Virus record (IMG/VR): IMGVR_UViG_3300033802_000463
Span: 72,064-136,063 of that record
Length of the DNA stretch: 64,000 bases
Strand: one strand, 5' to 3'
Source of the DNA: a virus
Below are positions 51,648-61,969 of the stretch, in pieces; position 1 is the first letter of the stretch, and each line of letters starts with the position of its first letter. The notes below the pieces were generated by a model, which saw only the letters and a list, made by a program, of their open reading frames with translations, searched no databases and had not been told where the DNA came from. Both the position numbers and the translations under genes were made by a program.

Positions 51648-51872
51648 ATCAGATCACCTCAAATTTTATTCTAACCCAATGTGGCCTGATCTGTCACGAT
51701 TTAGCTTTGTTTACCTTTTATCATATTTCATCAGATTTTATCAGGTTTTATTATTCTTTGTTTTTCTATTGTATTCTGATATGTTCTGATTGATTCTGTT
51801 AGTTTATGTTTCATTATTTATCCATTTAGAACATATCAGATCAAATCTGATAATTTTCCGATGAAATCTGAT
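51648..51872. repeat. Helically phased ATCAGA/TCTGAT iterons
   Basis: Copies or one-mismatch variants at 51648, 51685, 51730, 51740, 51775, 51785, 51795, 51835, 51846, 51857, 51867. Confidence 0.7.
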
Positions 51873-51893
51873 GTGGAAGAGAGGAGGATTTCA

Positions 51894-52493
51894 TTGAAAC
51901 CGACAACATTGGGTGGAATCTACACCTCAATATTACTGTTAGTCGGATACGTGTTAAATTATCTTATCGTTCCAATTGCTTTATTATCTGCCGCGGTCGT
52001 AATCGCCGCGAGTTACTTTATTTTCAGCCGATTCACATGGCAAAAGGATGCCAAAATCGATCAGCTAACCGGCTGCCACAATCGCGCTGCTTTAGAATCC
52101 TACCTGGAATCTTTCAACGGTCGGCAAGCATGCGTCATGATGATCGACATTGACGATTTCAAGATGATCAATGACACCTTCGGTCATGATGCGGGTGATC
52201 GGATCCTCCGTGAGGTTGGCTACTTGCTTTCCAGTTACGTGCGACCTGGCGAAGTATATCGATATGGGGGAGAGGAGTTTGCCATCATCATGAAAGATGT
52301 TCCGAATCACCATGTGTATGAGATTGCCGACCGGATCCGGAAAGCTGTTGAGCATAACGTAAACATCAATGGCCATCCGATCACTGTTTCCATTGGCATT
52401 GCATGTAGTGTGAATCCAAAAGTAGCACTGAAAGCAGCTGACGAGTTTCTTTATATATCCAAACGCAAAGGCAAAAACACAATTACCTATTGA
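51894..52493 (+). CDS. Membrane-anchored GGDEF diguanylate cyclase
   Basis: DQLTGCHNR, IDIDDFKMINDTFGHDAGD, RYGGEEF, TVSIG, AD..LY.SK..GKN; two TM segments. Confidence 0.9.
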   Translation: MKPTTLGGIYTSILLLVGYVLNYLIVPIALLSAAVVIAASYFIFSRFTWQKDAKIDQLTGCHNRAALESYLESFNGRQACVMMIDIDDFKMINDTFGHDAGDRILREVGYLLSSYVRPGEVYRYGGEEFAIIMKDVPNHHVYEIADRIRKAVEHNVNINGHPITVSIGIACSVNPKVALKAADEFLYISKRKGKNTITY

Positions 52494-52513
52494 GCCTGAC
52501 GACTCGCTTCATT
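52492..52513 (+). promoter_or_regulatory. TGAC-hairpin element 7
   Basis: GAGCC-TGAC-GACTC-GC-TTCATT (one C-A mismatch on plus, G-T on minus). Confidence 0.7.
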
Positions 52514-52570
52514 TTAGAGAGTCGCAAATGCGGTTCTTTTTTGATTTCAAGAGAAAGGAGGTTGTTACGA

Positions 52571-53080
52571 TTGGCCGCTCTGTCTGGAAAATTCCACTAC
52601 GATAAACTCCGTGTGGAAATGTGGGTGTCAGGTACAGCAGGAGAGGATGGTGCTGGTGGTTATTGCGCTCATTTGCACAGTGTGCTGGATGGGAACAAGT
52701 ACACCAAAACTATCGCAGGCTTTGGGATTGGCGTGACGCCGACTCGAATGACGCTGAAGGCCGTTCTGGAAGGCCTCAAGCAGATCAAGAATAAATGTTT
52801 TATCCATATTTACACCGGTATTCCGCAAGTGAGTGTTGGTTTGAACAAACATATTCATAGCTGGGCTAAAAAAGACTTCAAGCGATTGAATGGCGAAGAC
52901 CTTCAACATGAAGATCTCTGGCGTCAAATCTACCATTTGCTTCAGGAAAAGGCGATCAGCTACAAAGTGCATTATTTGGGTGATTCGCCGATACCGGACA
53001 ACAATGTAATGGTGATTCATACGGCCAGTCAATATGCCCAGCGCGCCAGAAAAAACTTCATGGAGGTGTCTTTATCTTGA
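52571..53080 (+). CDS. RNase H-fold protein lacking catalytic carboxylates
   Basis: WVSGTA..GAGGY, TPTRMTLKAV, IYTG, HEDLW align to YTDGAC, TNNRMEL, SDS, N.ELW; strong SD, TTG start. Confidence 0.7.
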   Translation: MAALSGKFHYDKLRVEMWVSGTAGEDGAGGYCAHLHSVLDGNKYTKTIAGFGIGVTPTRMTLKAVLEGLKQIKNKCFIHIYTGIPQVSVGLNKHIHSWAKKDFKRLNGEDLQHEDLWRQIYHLLQEKAISYKVHYLGDSPIPDNNVMVIHTASQYAQRARKNFMEVSLS

Positions 53081-53495
53081 ACATGAATCGAATCGGTCCT
53101 ATTATCGATCGAATTGCCGACAGCAATCGTCTGCTCATACTTGTCTTTATTATCATTTTAGGTTTGTCATTGCTTATGGGTATCTATGCAGTCGTTTTGT
53201 TTATCGGGATTTCTATCTTGATGTATAGCTACATTCGCTGGTCGATCAATCAGGAAGCTGCCGAAGAGGAGAGTGAGCTGCATGAAACAAGTCAAAACCA
53301 CTTGCAACAAATGCAAAACCGAAATCACGCTTGATTTTACCGGTCTTTCCTATGAAGAAGCGATTCGTCAAGTTGAGCGACTCGATAACCTTCCAAAAGA
53401 ATGTCCAGGATTTCATGTTGAAATCGGCGGATGGAGAAAACGCTGGAATATGGATGAAGCCCTTCGGCAGGCTTATCCGGAGCAATACAAAAATT

Positions 53496-53517
53496 GAGCC
53501 TGACGGCTCGCTTCATT
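53496..53517 (+). promoter_or_regulatory. TGAC-hairpin element 8
   Basis: GAGCC-TGAC-GGCTC-GC-TTCATT. Confidence 0.75.
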
Positions 53518-53957
53518 GTAGAAAAATTAATCCGAGAGGAGATCATTTCTATGCAGAATGTTGCCAATCAAATAATTGCGGCCGGCAGTGCAAAGGAAGT
53601 TCGTATGGCTATTTCGTCGCTCACTCCTGAACAACAATATGAAGCGCTGAAAATGTCGGCCGAGCAAATTCTCGTCTCTGTTGAAGTCAACATCGCGCAG
53701 AAAAATCACCAAATCGCAATTTGGGAGCTGTCCAAACTTGCGATTGTGGAAGATGAATTGCTCAAGGCTGAACGCCGCATGAACAACATTGTATCGGCTG
53801 GTGTTCACTTCTAATGTTTTGGTTTTTTCTATTCTGCTTCATTGTTTTATCGGGGCAAATACAGTATCTGCCCCTTCTCTTTATTTTTTACTTCGTGGTC
53901 ATGGCTTACAAGAAAACGAATTGAACATCATTCAAACAAAACAATGGAGGGATTCAC

Positions 53958-54995
53958 ATGTTGGATCAAGTAAAAGCAATTGTCGAAAACGGTGTTAAAG
54001 TTGAAGTTCGCGATCAAAATCAATACTCGCAATATCCGGTCATTGTTACCGATGTTGCTCCGGAGTCCATCACAAACGGCTGGTTTTTGACGTACTATCC
54101 GCGTCTGATTACGAAAGGAAATCCGCGGCTGTACGACGGTAAGGAAGCATTCTCGTCGCTGACGATTACCCATTTCAAGCGACTCTATGATCGGCTGATG
54201 GAGATCGACGCGCGATTTGCTTCCGGCGAAGGCGTAACGGTTGGTGCGAACAATCAACGTACCGCGACTTATGAGTTCCCGGGTAAAGCTCGTTTCCATG
54301 TGCGCCAATTCAATGACAGCGTGACGATCAGTCTGTCGATTACGGATCCCGCTTCGCCGTTCCACATGCTGGCGATCAATTTCCGGATCGTGAACAGCAA
54401 GAAGGAGCAAGGCAAGCGGCATCTGATCGGCTCGGAGTCCCAATGGGATCTGAATACTGACTCGTTTGTGGAGCACAATGCGATTCTGTCTCCGAAGAAG
54501 AAACGCTATCTGCAAGTGTTCCAGGAGGATCAAAACACGATCCCGTATGTTAAGGCGCCGAGCCGACCTGGTATGAATGGAACGACGCAAGTGGATCCGA
54601 ACAACAGCGAGTTCCTGTATCTCATGGATATCGACAATGCATACCGCGCACTTGCGTTCATCTATGAGCAAACGATTCTGGAACATGCAATGGCTGTAGC
54701 ACTGCCTCTGGTACAAGCAAAACAAGCTCCGGCTTCCAATGCATTCGGCGCTCCTGCAACTGGCGGCTTCGATGGACAACATGCATTCGGCGCACCGGCG
54801 CAAACGGGATTCGGCTTCCCGGCTGCAGGCTTTGGCGATCAAGCTGCTTCGTTCCAAAATCAAGCTTTTGGCGTTCAAGCGCAAGCACCAGCCAACAATC
54901 AATCGCAAAACGGGTTTGTGAAAGAGCCAGTAATGCAAAGCAGCAACCCGTTTATGCAAAAAGTAAATTGGGGCGATAATGACCGGGTATTCTAA
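53958..54995 (+). CDS. Hypothetical protein with low-complexity AFG-repeat tail (possible ssDNA-binding protein)
   Basis: GGAGG SD; beta-rich core; AFGAPA repeats; ends WGDNDRVF. Confidence 0.6.
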   Translation: MLDQVKAIVENGVKVEVRDQNQYSQYPVIVTDVAPESITNGWFLTYYPRLITKGNPRLYDGKEAFSSLTITHFKRLYDRLMEIDARFASGEGVTVGANNQRTATYEFPGKARFHVRQFNDSVTISLSITDPASPFHMLAINFRIVNSKKEQGKRHLIGSESQWDLNTDSFVEHNAILSPKKKRYLQVFQEDQNTIPYVKAPSRPGMNGTTQVDPNNSEFLYLMDIDNAYRALAFIYEQTILEHAMAVALPLVQAKQAPASNAFGAPATGGFDGQHAFGAPAQTGFGFPAAGFGDQAASFQNQAFGVQAQAPANNQSQNGFVKEPVMQSSNPFMQKVNWGDNDRVF

Positions 54996-55012
54996 TGCCC
55001 GGCCATTATCCT

Positions 55013-55051
55013 TAAAAAAAGAGAGCAGATTTTCTCTGCTCTCTTTTTTTA
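55013..55051. terminator. Bidirectional intrinsic terminator
   Basis: AAAAAAAGAGAGCAGA/TCTGCTCTCTTTTTTT. Confidence 0.85.
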
Positions 55052-55258
55052 TAAAAGATTACCCCCCCAGGGATGCGCCCCCCTCAGATGCAGCGATGTC
55101 TTGAAATTTATTTCAACAAGCTGTTATAAATGTATTGTTGTGGGCCGCTTTCTGATGGTATATTTGTATTTCTGATATATTTCTGCAATAGTTTGGGATT
55201 TACTGTGATTTTTCTTTAGAATTTGGTATACTATTTATATTGGAAAGGAGGGAATCGG

Positions 55259-57148
55259 ATGATACAAGTGCGAATGCAGTACGGTAATATTTATCTGAAG
55301 ATTCTCGACAGCATGGAAACATTCGATCATACACTTGAAAAAGTTCGCATGATTCGAAACCGCGGTTTTAACCTGGAAACCGGCGAATGGATGTTTGACC
55401 GGGAATACATCGGCGATTTGCTTGTGCTGTTTGGCAATCAGATTACATGGATGACGCCTCTGCACGAAATTGTCAACGGTCTCTCCCTGGATCATGAACT
55501 GGTGCAAAAGCATCTTCAATGGGAAGCGGATAACGAATTTAAGAACTTTTTGCTGCCCATGTATCCTTATCAGAAAGTGGGCGCGAACTTTTTGATTGAC
55601 CGAGGCTGCGCAGCAATTTTTGACGGTTGCGGCCTGGGCAAAACCCCCCAGCTCATAGGCGCATGCGAAAAGCTGTATGAACAGGGACTTGCAAAAAAAA
55701 TGCTGATTATCACGCTCAGTTCGCTCAAGCGCCAGTGGGTCAAGGAGATTGAGAAATTTACCGGCAAGCCGGCCATTGCGGTAACCGGCACTCCTTCGAG
55801 ACGAGCTTCGTTAATCAAAGAGTTTGCGAAGAAGAAAGATGTGCAGTACTTGGTCATCAATTACGAAATCCTTTGGAACGATACATTGCGCAAGTTGATT
55901 AAAAATACACCATTTGATGTGGTAGCGCTCGATGAGGCCCAAAAAATAAAGAACGGCGTGCGCGACAAAACTCTCAATATGGAGCCGAGCCAAATTGCTG
56001 CGGCAACATACGAGCTAAAACACATCAAATATCGTTTTGTGGCCACGGCTACACCGCTGCAAGGAAAAGCGGAAGAGATCTGGAGCATTTTCTATTTCAT
56101 TGACGAGAATATTCTCGGCAGTTGGGAGATGTTCCGGGAACGCTATTGCAAGTATCATTGGAAATATGGGATCACAGGTTATCAAAACCTGGGTGAATTG
56201 TACTACCGGATTGCACCATATTTTATCCGACGGACGAAAGAGATGCCGGAGATTCAGCAGCAGCTGCCGAAAGTGCAACACAGCCATATCTTCTTGGAAA
56301 TGACTGATGCGCAGGAAAAACTGCATGACTATCTGGTAAACAAGCTTGCTGAAGTGAAAGAACAGGCGCGCGGTATCCATGGATATACGTTTATTAACGG
56401 GCAATCCATGAGTCCGCAGGAGGCCAAAGAATATTACGATGCGCTTATACAGGGGTATCAAATCTTTTTGCTTGGTGTTTGTGACAGTCCGGAGCTTCTG
56501 CTTATGTCTCAAACCCCAATGGCCGAAAAAATCCTCAAAGATATTCCTTTAACTGATAAAGACTTGAAGTCACCAAAGATTGATCAGCTTAAAGAGTTTT
56601 TCAGCAGTATGACATACGATGAGCCCAATTCCAAAGTGGTTATTTTTACACGCTTTGAACGCATGGTTGAAATTCTGCATCGTGAGTTGAATAAAGATTC
56701 CCGCGGCCGGCCGTTAAGCGATCCAGTGGCTGTCATGTATCATGGCCAAATGACTGAAGCTGCCAAGGAATATGCAAAGGATCAGTTCGTCAATAATCCA
56801 AACATCAAGGCAATCATTTGCACCGACGCTGGCTCGACTGGACTCAATCTACAGGTTGCAAATTATATGGTTCATATTGATTTGCCCTGGGATCCAACGC
56901 TATTGGAGCAGCGCAACGGACGTATCGATCGTACAGGTAATGCCTTCAGCAATGTGACCATTTATTATTACTGTATGGAAAACAGTTATGATGAACATTT
57001 GTTGACCATTTTGGATCGCAAAGCTGAATTGGCGAATCAAGTGCTTACTGGCGGCCGTGATAGTACCAGTCGTGAAAAAGATGTAAATCGCTTGGCGATG
57101 GAGCGGCTGCTTCGTAAACGATATAAACAAAATGTATCTTCGGGGTAA
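55259..57148 (+). CDS. SNF2-family helicase/ATPase
   Basis: YPYQ, GLGKT, LDEAQKIKN, TATP, RRTK, GLNLQ, QRNGRIDR. Confidence 0.92.
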   Translation: MIQVRMQYGNIYLKILDSMETFDHTLEKVRMIRNRGFNLETGEWMFDREYIGDLLVLFGNQITWMTPLHEIVNGLSLDHELVQKHLQWEADNEFKNFLLPMYPYQKVGANFLIDRGCAAIFDGCGLGKTPQLIGACEKLYEQGLAKKMLIITLSSLKRQWVKEIEKFTGKPAIAVTGTPSRRASLIKEFAKKKDVQYLVINYEILWNDTLRKLIKNTPFDVVALDEAQKIKNGVRDKTLNMEPSQIAAATYELKHIKYRFVATATPLQGKAEEIWSIFYFIDENILGSWEMFRERYCKYHWKYGITGYQNLGELYYRIAPYFIRRTKEMPEIQQQLPKVQHSHIFLEMTDAQEKLHDYLVNKLAEVKEQARGIHGYTFINGQSMSPQEAKEYYDALIQGYQIFLLGVCDSPELLLMSQTPMAEKILKDIPLTDKDLKSPKIDQLKEFFSSMTYDEPNSKVVIFTRFERMVEILHRELNKDSRGRPLSDPVAVMYHGQMTEAAKEYAKDQFVNNPNIKAIICTDAGSTGLNLQVANYMVHIDLPWDPTLLEQRNGRIDRTGNAFSNVTIYYYCMENSYDEHLLTILDRKAELANQVLTGGRDSTSREKDVNRLAMERLLRKRYKQNVSSG

Positions 57149-57321
57149 TGCACATGGAGAAGAACAAGGATCGTTATATGGAGCTTCTTCGAATGGATCC
57201 GCAACAAGTGCTGGATTTGTATGTGGAAGCCGTGCAATCGAACAATGCGGAGACTGCCGAAGAACTCCGGGAGTTCATTACGGATCGCATGACGCAAGCT
57301 AACTTTTGTTGAATAAGGGGT

Positions 57322-57343
57322 AGGCCTGACGGCCTGCCTCTTT
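57322..57343 (+). promoter_or_regulatory. TGAC-hairpin element 9 (may also act as a terminator)
   Basis: AGGCC-TGAC-GGCCT-GC-CTCTTT. Confidence 0.65.
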
Positions 57344-57465
57344 TTAATTGTGTGAAAGACCGTTTTTTCTGGAATCTTTGAAATGCATTACAATAAATTT
57401 GTTGTTTTTTAATGTTTACACAGTGTATAATGCCTTATAGCATTGATCTTTAAGGAGTTGATCAA

Positions 57466-58320
57466 ATGAGCGCCAAAAAGCTCAAAGAATATCCTCCTAT
57501 CGAAAAATATTTCTGGTGGAACAAGAAAAAAGAAAAAGTTCCACCTCATGATCTGATTCGGTTGGAAGCAACCGGAAGTGCGGACATGTGGGGCGAATGG
57601 AGCTGGAGCGGCGGATATAATATCCAAGTCAATGTGGGCGATATTAATAATGCCTACGAATACGAGGGCCATTTGTGGGGGAAAGAGTATTATTATTATG
57701 ACAGCAAAAAGAAGCGTCGTGTAAGGCGTTACAAATACGATCTCTGCTTAAAAGTTCTAGCAGGAAACCGTCAATCACATATAATTGGACGTGCTAAAAA
57801 TCTAAGCAAGTTGAATTGTAAACGTCTGATTGTTCATATGATCTATGAGTATGAAAAGACGGATCATTTCAAAACAGAACTTTGGCCGAGAGCACTGGAT
57901 CCGGATAACCGCCAGCCTATTTTGAAGGAGATTGGCGGTGAGCTTTTCTGGATCGCAACGACTTGGAGAAGCTTATGGACCGCCGTTCGACAAGAAAAGG
58001 AATGCGGTTATTACAGCGGAAGCTACGTGTTTTCGCCAGGTACATACTATTCAAGGGAAACGAAATGGGAATGGGAATATCCCCATAAAGGAGAAGATGG
58101 TTGGAAGGATTATTCCCGTGGCGTTAAAGTATACAAGCCATATATTTATCATCAAGTGGATCATCATTTCGGATACTGCAGCGGCTCCGGGCTTGATCGT
58201 GACAAGCAAGGGATTTATGAAGCGCGGATCGATGAAGCAATTTGGGATGTTAATGATTTACTGATGAAATATATTATGATGGATCAATACCGCAAAATTA
58301 TTGGAAAGGAATATTTTTAA
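57466..58320 (+). CDS. Hypothetical aromatic-rich protein
   Basis: AAGGAG SD; 284 aa rich in W/Y. Confidence 0.6.
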   Translation: MSAKKLKEYPPIEKYFWWNKKKEKVPPHDLIRLEATGSADMWGEWSWSGGYNIQVNVGDINNAYEYEGHLWGKEYYYYDSKKKRRVRRYKYDLCLKVLAGNRQSHIIGRAKNLSKLNCKRLIVHMIYEYEKTDHFKTELWPRALDPDNRQPILKEIGGELFWIATTWRSLWTAVRQEKECGYYSGSYVFSPGTYYSRETKWEWEYPHKGEDGWKDYSRGVKVYKPYIYHQVDHHFGYCSGSGLDRDKQGIYEARIDEAIWDVNDLLMKYIMMDQYRKIIGKEYF

Positions 58321-58994
58321 TGTCCCGAATTTTGTATGAACCATTTAACATTCAAAAGCACAAGGAACATTTCATTGATTACTTGGAAATTGTCGTACTG
58401 GAAGATGGGGCAGTGGAATATGCCGTTCCATCCCACCAAGAAAAAATGATCTCGTTGTGCTGCAAAAAGCTTTCGGTTACCAGGGATGAGCTGAATGACA
58501 TGTGTCCGGTCGAATACTACATGAATTTTATGGAATGGTTATGTAAAATATCCGGCGCCATCCCTGTGTGGTTTAATTTCTTCATGGGAACTCCTAACGC
58601 ACAGCAGATTGAAACTCTGCGAATCCTGAAAGAGGAAGGTCTTTATGCAGGAGAAATCCCGAATTTATACAGATAAAAAGGAGTGTAGCGCCATGAGAAT
58701 AGACAATCTTGCCTTAACGCGGAAGCAGTATGAGGAAATTATGCTCGAAATTTGGGAATATCATCGATTTGGTGGGTTAAGTAAGAGCGACAAGGAACCA
58801 TGCCGCAACATCAAATACGTTGATCCTGTTTGGGATATGAGAGACGGAAGGTGCTTTGCCATAACATTTAGAGGACTTTGTACTGTGAATTTTGATTTTA
58901 GGCAAAGCGATCGGTCGATGTTCGAACGGATAATGGATTGGCTAGACGGCGACAAACCAGAAGATGTTGAAGCTGATGTGGAGATGAGGTTGGC

Positions 58995-59312
58995 ATGAGT
59001 AAATCAATCAGTAGGGCGAAAAAATACCGTAAAAAGCCTGTTGTTATTGAAGCGATTCAGTGGAAGCCATATGAAATGCTTATAAAAGATGTAATGGATT
59101 TCATGGGTATTTCTGGTGGAATGATGAAAAAAGGAGTTTTGTCTATCGGCAAGCGTAAGGGAGAATTGATTATTAAAACGCTGGAAGGCAATATGACGGT
59201 TTCAGACGGTGATTACATCATCAAAGGCGTGAAGGGAGAATTTTACCCATGCAAACCTGATATCTTTGATAAAACGTATGAATTGGTGGAGGGTGAAGCG
59301 TTTGTACAATGA
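58995..59312 (+). CDS. Conserved phage protein
   Basis: KYRKKPVVIEAIQW...IKTLEG.M....GDYIIKGV.GEFYPCKPDIF.KTYE. Confidence 0.8.
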   Translation: MSKSISRAKKYRKKPVVIEAIQWKPYEMLIKDVMDFMGISGGMMKKGVLSIGKRKGELIIKTLEGNMTVSDGDYIIKGVKGEFYPCKPDIFDKTYELVEGEAFVQ

Positions 59313-60274
59313 AGAAGACCTGGATTTTGATCAAATCTACCATGATAAGCCTATTCTGATTTCACCCTTAGCCGAAATTGAGGTCAGGCCAGTTGCCCAT
59401 GATCACATCAAAATTGACGGTCAATTGTATTCAGTTGGTATTGTGAATTATGTGAATAAAATTGCTTTTGTGAAACCGATTGATATTGACGGTGAACATG
59501 ACACCGAATACACTCAATATGCTGTATGTCCACATTGCGGCCACAAACATGTGGATTGTTTTGAATGGGAAGATGAAGGCGAAAACAATTGCAATCGCTG
59601 CGATTTGCCATTTTCTTATAGTCGGATTGTGACCATCGAGTATAAAACGGAGAAGATGAAAGGCCATAAGCCCGTGTTGGTGGAGGTGTAGAAGATGAGC
59701 AAGAAGAAGATAGAACGCGGCGGTAGCATCATAATGAGCGAGCCTTTGTTCAATGACATGCTTTCAAGGTATTTTGGCCTTGAACCCGAAACACTTCGAG
59801 TCGCTTGCGTGACAACAGAACACCATAAGAGAGCTGTAAAGATCTCATTTGTTACCGATGACGAACGATTTCCGGAGCTGATTGAAGGTCAACCATATCC
59901 GGAAATTACGATCGCCACCGAAATGATGAAACCCGCCGACAAACCGAATCGAAGTGAAATCAAGGTGCTGGGATTCGAGGGGATCACAAAATGATCGTTC
60001 CGATTGTCAAATTCATTGGCATAATGTTGTTATTATTTGTTGTCCTTATTGGTCTTTTGCAACTGATTTTCGTGATTTCGCTTTATACTTTCAACAAGGT
60101 CTTGTCTGAAGCCGGCATCGATCCTCTTTCTGCAGATGAAGCCAGAAAGGCGTTGAGAGGAGAGTGGGATTAGGTGACAACCGAAACGGATTACAAGTAT
60201 GAGAAAGAAATCTCCGAATCATACTATATCCAGCTCAACAACCATCGCTGCAATTGGGCTTACCACAACCACCA

Positions 60275-60384
60275 CAAGAAAGCCCCTGCCTTTAGGCATG
60301 GGGAGTGTCAAATGGTGACATGACCGGGAAATAAACGGGTATTACTACCCAAGAACCCCACGGCTTTAGCCGCTGGGAGGTTCA
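60275..60384 (+). mobile_element. Non-autonomous IS200/IS605-family mini-element (two end hairpins, no transposase)
   Basis: CAAGAAAGCCCCTGCCTTTAGGCATGGGGAGTGTCAA and CAAGAACCCCACGGCTTTAGCCGCTGGGAGGTTCA. Confidence 0.65.
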
Positions 60385-60879
60385 GGATAATTATGCTAAA
60401 GGCCATAAAACAGATATTTTATAGGAGGGGAAGAATATGAAACATTATTGTACAATTACAACGGAAGTGTATTTTTATAATGATATTAGTGAGATGAGAA
60501 AACATCGTGAAGAGATGGAATCTAAAGGGTGGAGAGTGGACGGTTGGGATGAGAATGGATTGCAAGCTTTTTATGAAATTGAAGTAAAACATTAATTAGA
60601 TAATAAAATTTAATTAAGGAGGAAATATTTATTAGAAGTTGGCAAGAACACCCGTCTCCATGGACTATTTTTATGCCGCTGTTATGCATAATACAGATAT
60701 ATCCGATCTGTTTTTTGATGGCGAGTATCTCGCGCATTGTTTGGATGTCGAGAGAACCGGTGACCGGCAGGCAATCACGTTTTGTGAAGTGGTTGCACCC
60801 GTTTTCTCTGAGATCCTTCGGAGAGAAAAGAATGCAGTCGAACATTTATAATTTTTAATGCAAAAATGTTGTGCATTAC

Positions 60880-60903
60880 ACACGCCTGACGGCGTGTTTC
60901 TTT
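60880..60903 (+). promoter_or_regulatory. TGAC-hairpin element 10
   Basis: ACACGCC-TGAC-GGCGTGT-TTCTTT. Confidence 0.75.
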
Positions 60904-61086
60904 TTGTATTAATCAAAAAATAGAGGTGATGTCCGTTTTTTTGAGCATTGACATACAAGATGTAGTATTCGTGATGATATATTGCATCTATTTATGATTA
61001 TTCGTCTTTTTCATTTTGTAATGCCTTGCAAAACCTGGGGTAGTATGTTAGTATAAGCCTACAGCGACAACCCAATAACAAGTGAG

Positions 61087-61689
61087 GTGAATGCGATGAA
61101 GAAGCGCAGATTTATTGCGATTTGCTTCGGCTTTTCACTACTTGCTACTGGACTTGTTATAGAAGCTAAGAGCATCTATGACTTGAAAAAAGAGCGAAAC
61201 GTGATACAAGCGGCCAATACGGAGCTCCGGCAGCAAATCGAATATCATAAAACCATGCATGAGGAGCTTCAAGAACAGTATAACGGTCTGATGGATCAAA
61301 ATCGTTCGCTTCAACAAGAAGTGGATGATCTGAAAGAGCAGCTGGAACAAGCAAAGGAAAATCAATGGTTGTCGTTCAGGGCTACATATTACGATGCATA
61401 CGAACCTTCTACAGGAAAAAAGCCTGGAGATCCGGGTTTTGGAATCACGCGATCAGGACGACCGGTAACCGAAGGGGTAACGATCGCCGTTGACCCTAAA
61501 GTGATTCCTTTGGGATCGTGGGTTGAGATCATGTACCCGGATGGAACAATTGAGAGGCGCCGCGCCGATGATACAGGAGGTCTTATCAAAGGAAGGCGCA
61601 TCGATATCTACGTCCCCAAAGCCACACTGGCGATGGGCGTTGATGAGGTTAAAGTGAGAATGATTTCCAAGCCGGGCAAAAACACCTAA
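61087..61689 (+). CDS. 3D-domain cell-wall protein with signal anchor and coiled coil
   Basis: ATYY...GIT.SG...TIAVDPKVIPLGS...ADDTGG.IKG.RIDIY. Confidence 0.9.
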   Translation: MNAMKKRRFIAICFGFSLLATGLVIEAKSIYDLKKERNVIQAANTELRQQIEYHKTMHEELQEQYNGLMDQNRSLQQEVDDLKEQLEQAKENQWLSFRATYYDAYEPSTGKKPGDPGFGITRSGRPVTEGVTIAVDPKVIPLGSWVEIMYPDGTIERRRADDTGGLIKGRRIDIYVPKATLAMGVDEVKVRMISKPGKNT

Positions 61690-61969
61690 TCGCACAGAGA
61701 AAGAAGCTAATCAGCCAGTTAGGAGGTAACGATATGCCGCCAAAACAAGGGGATTTGTTTGAAGATGCTTTTGATGAAATGATTCCGAAACGCAACACGA
61801 ATCAAGAGCAGCCGGCCAATAATAACGAGATCTCCAAAGACGAAGTTCGCACCTCGTATCTTTTGGTCAATGTCCTGCTCACGTTGCTGATTGAAAAAGG
61901 CTACATTCAGCAGCAGGAAGTTGATGTCTTGCTGGAAGAAATGTATGCCGAATATAAGCGGAAAGTAGG

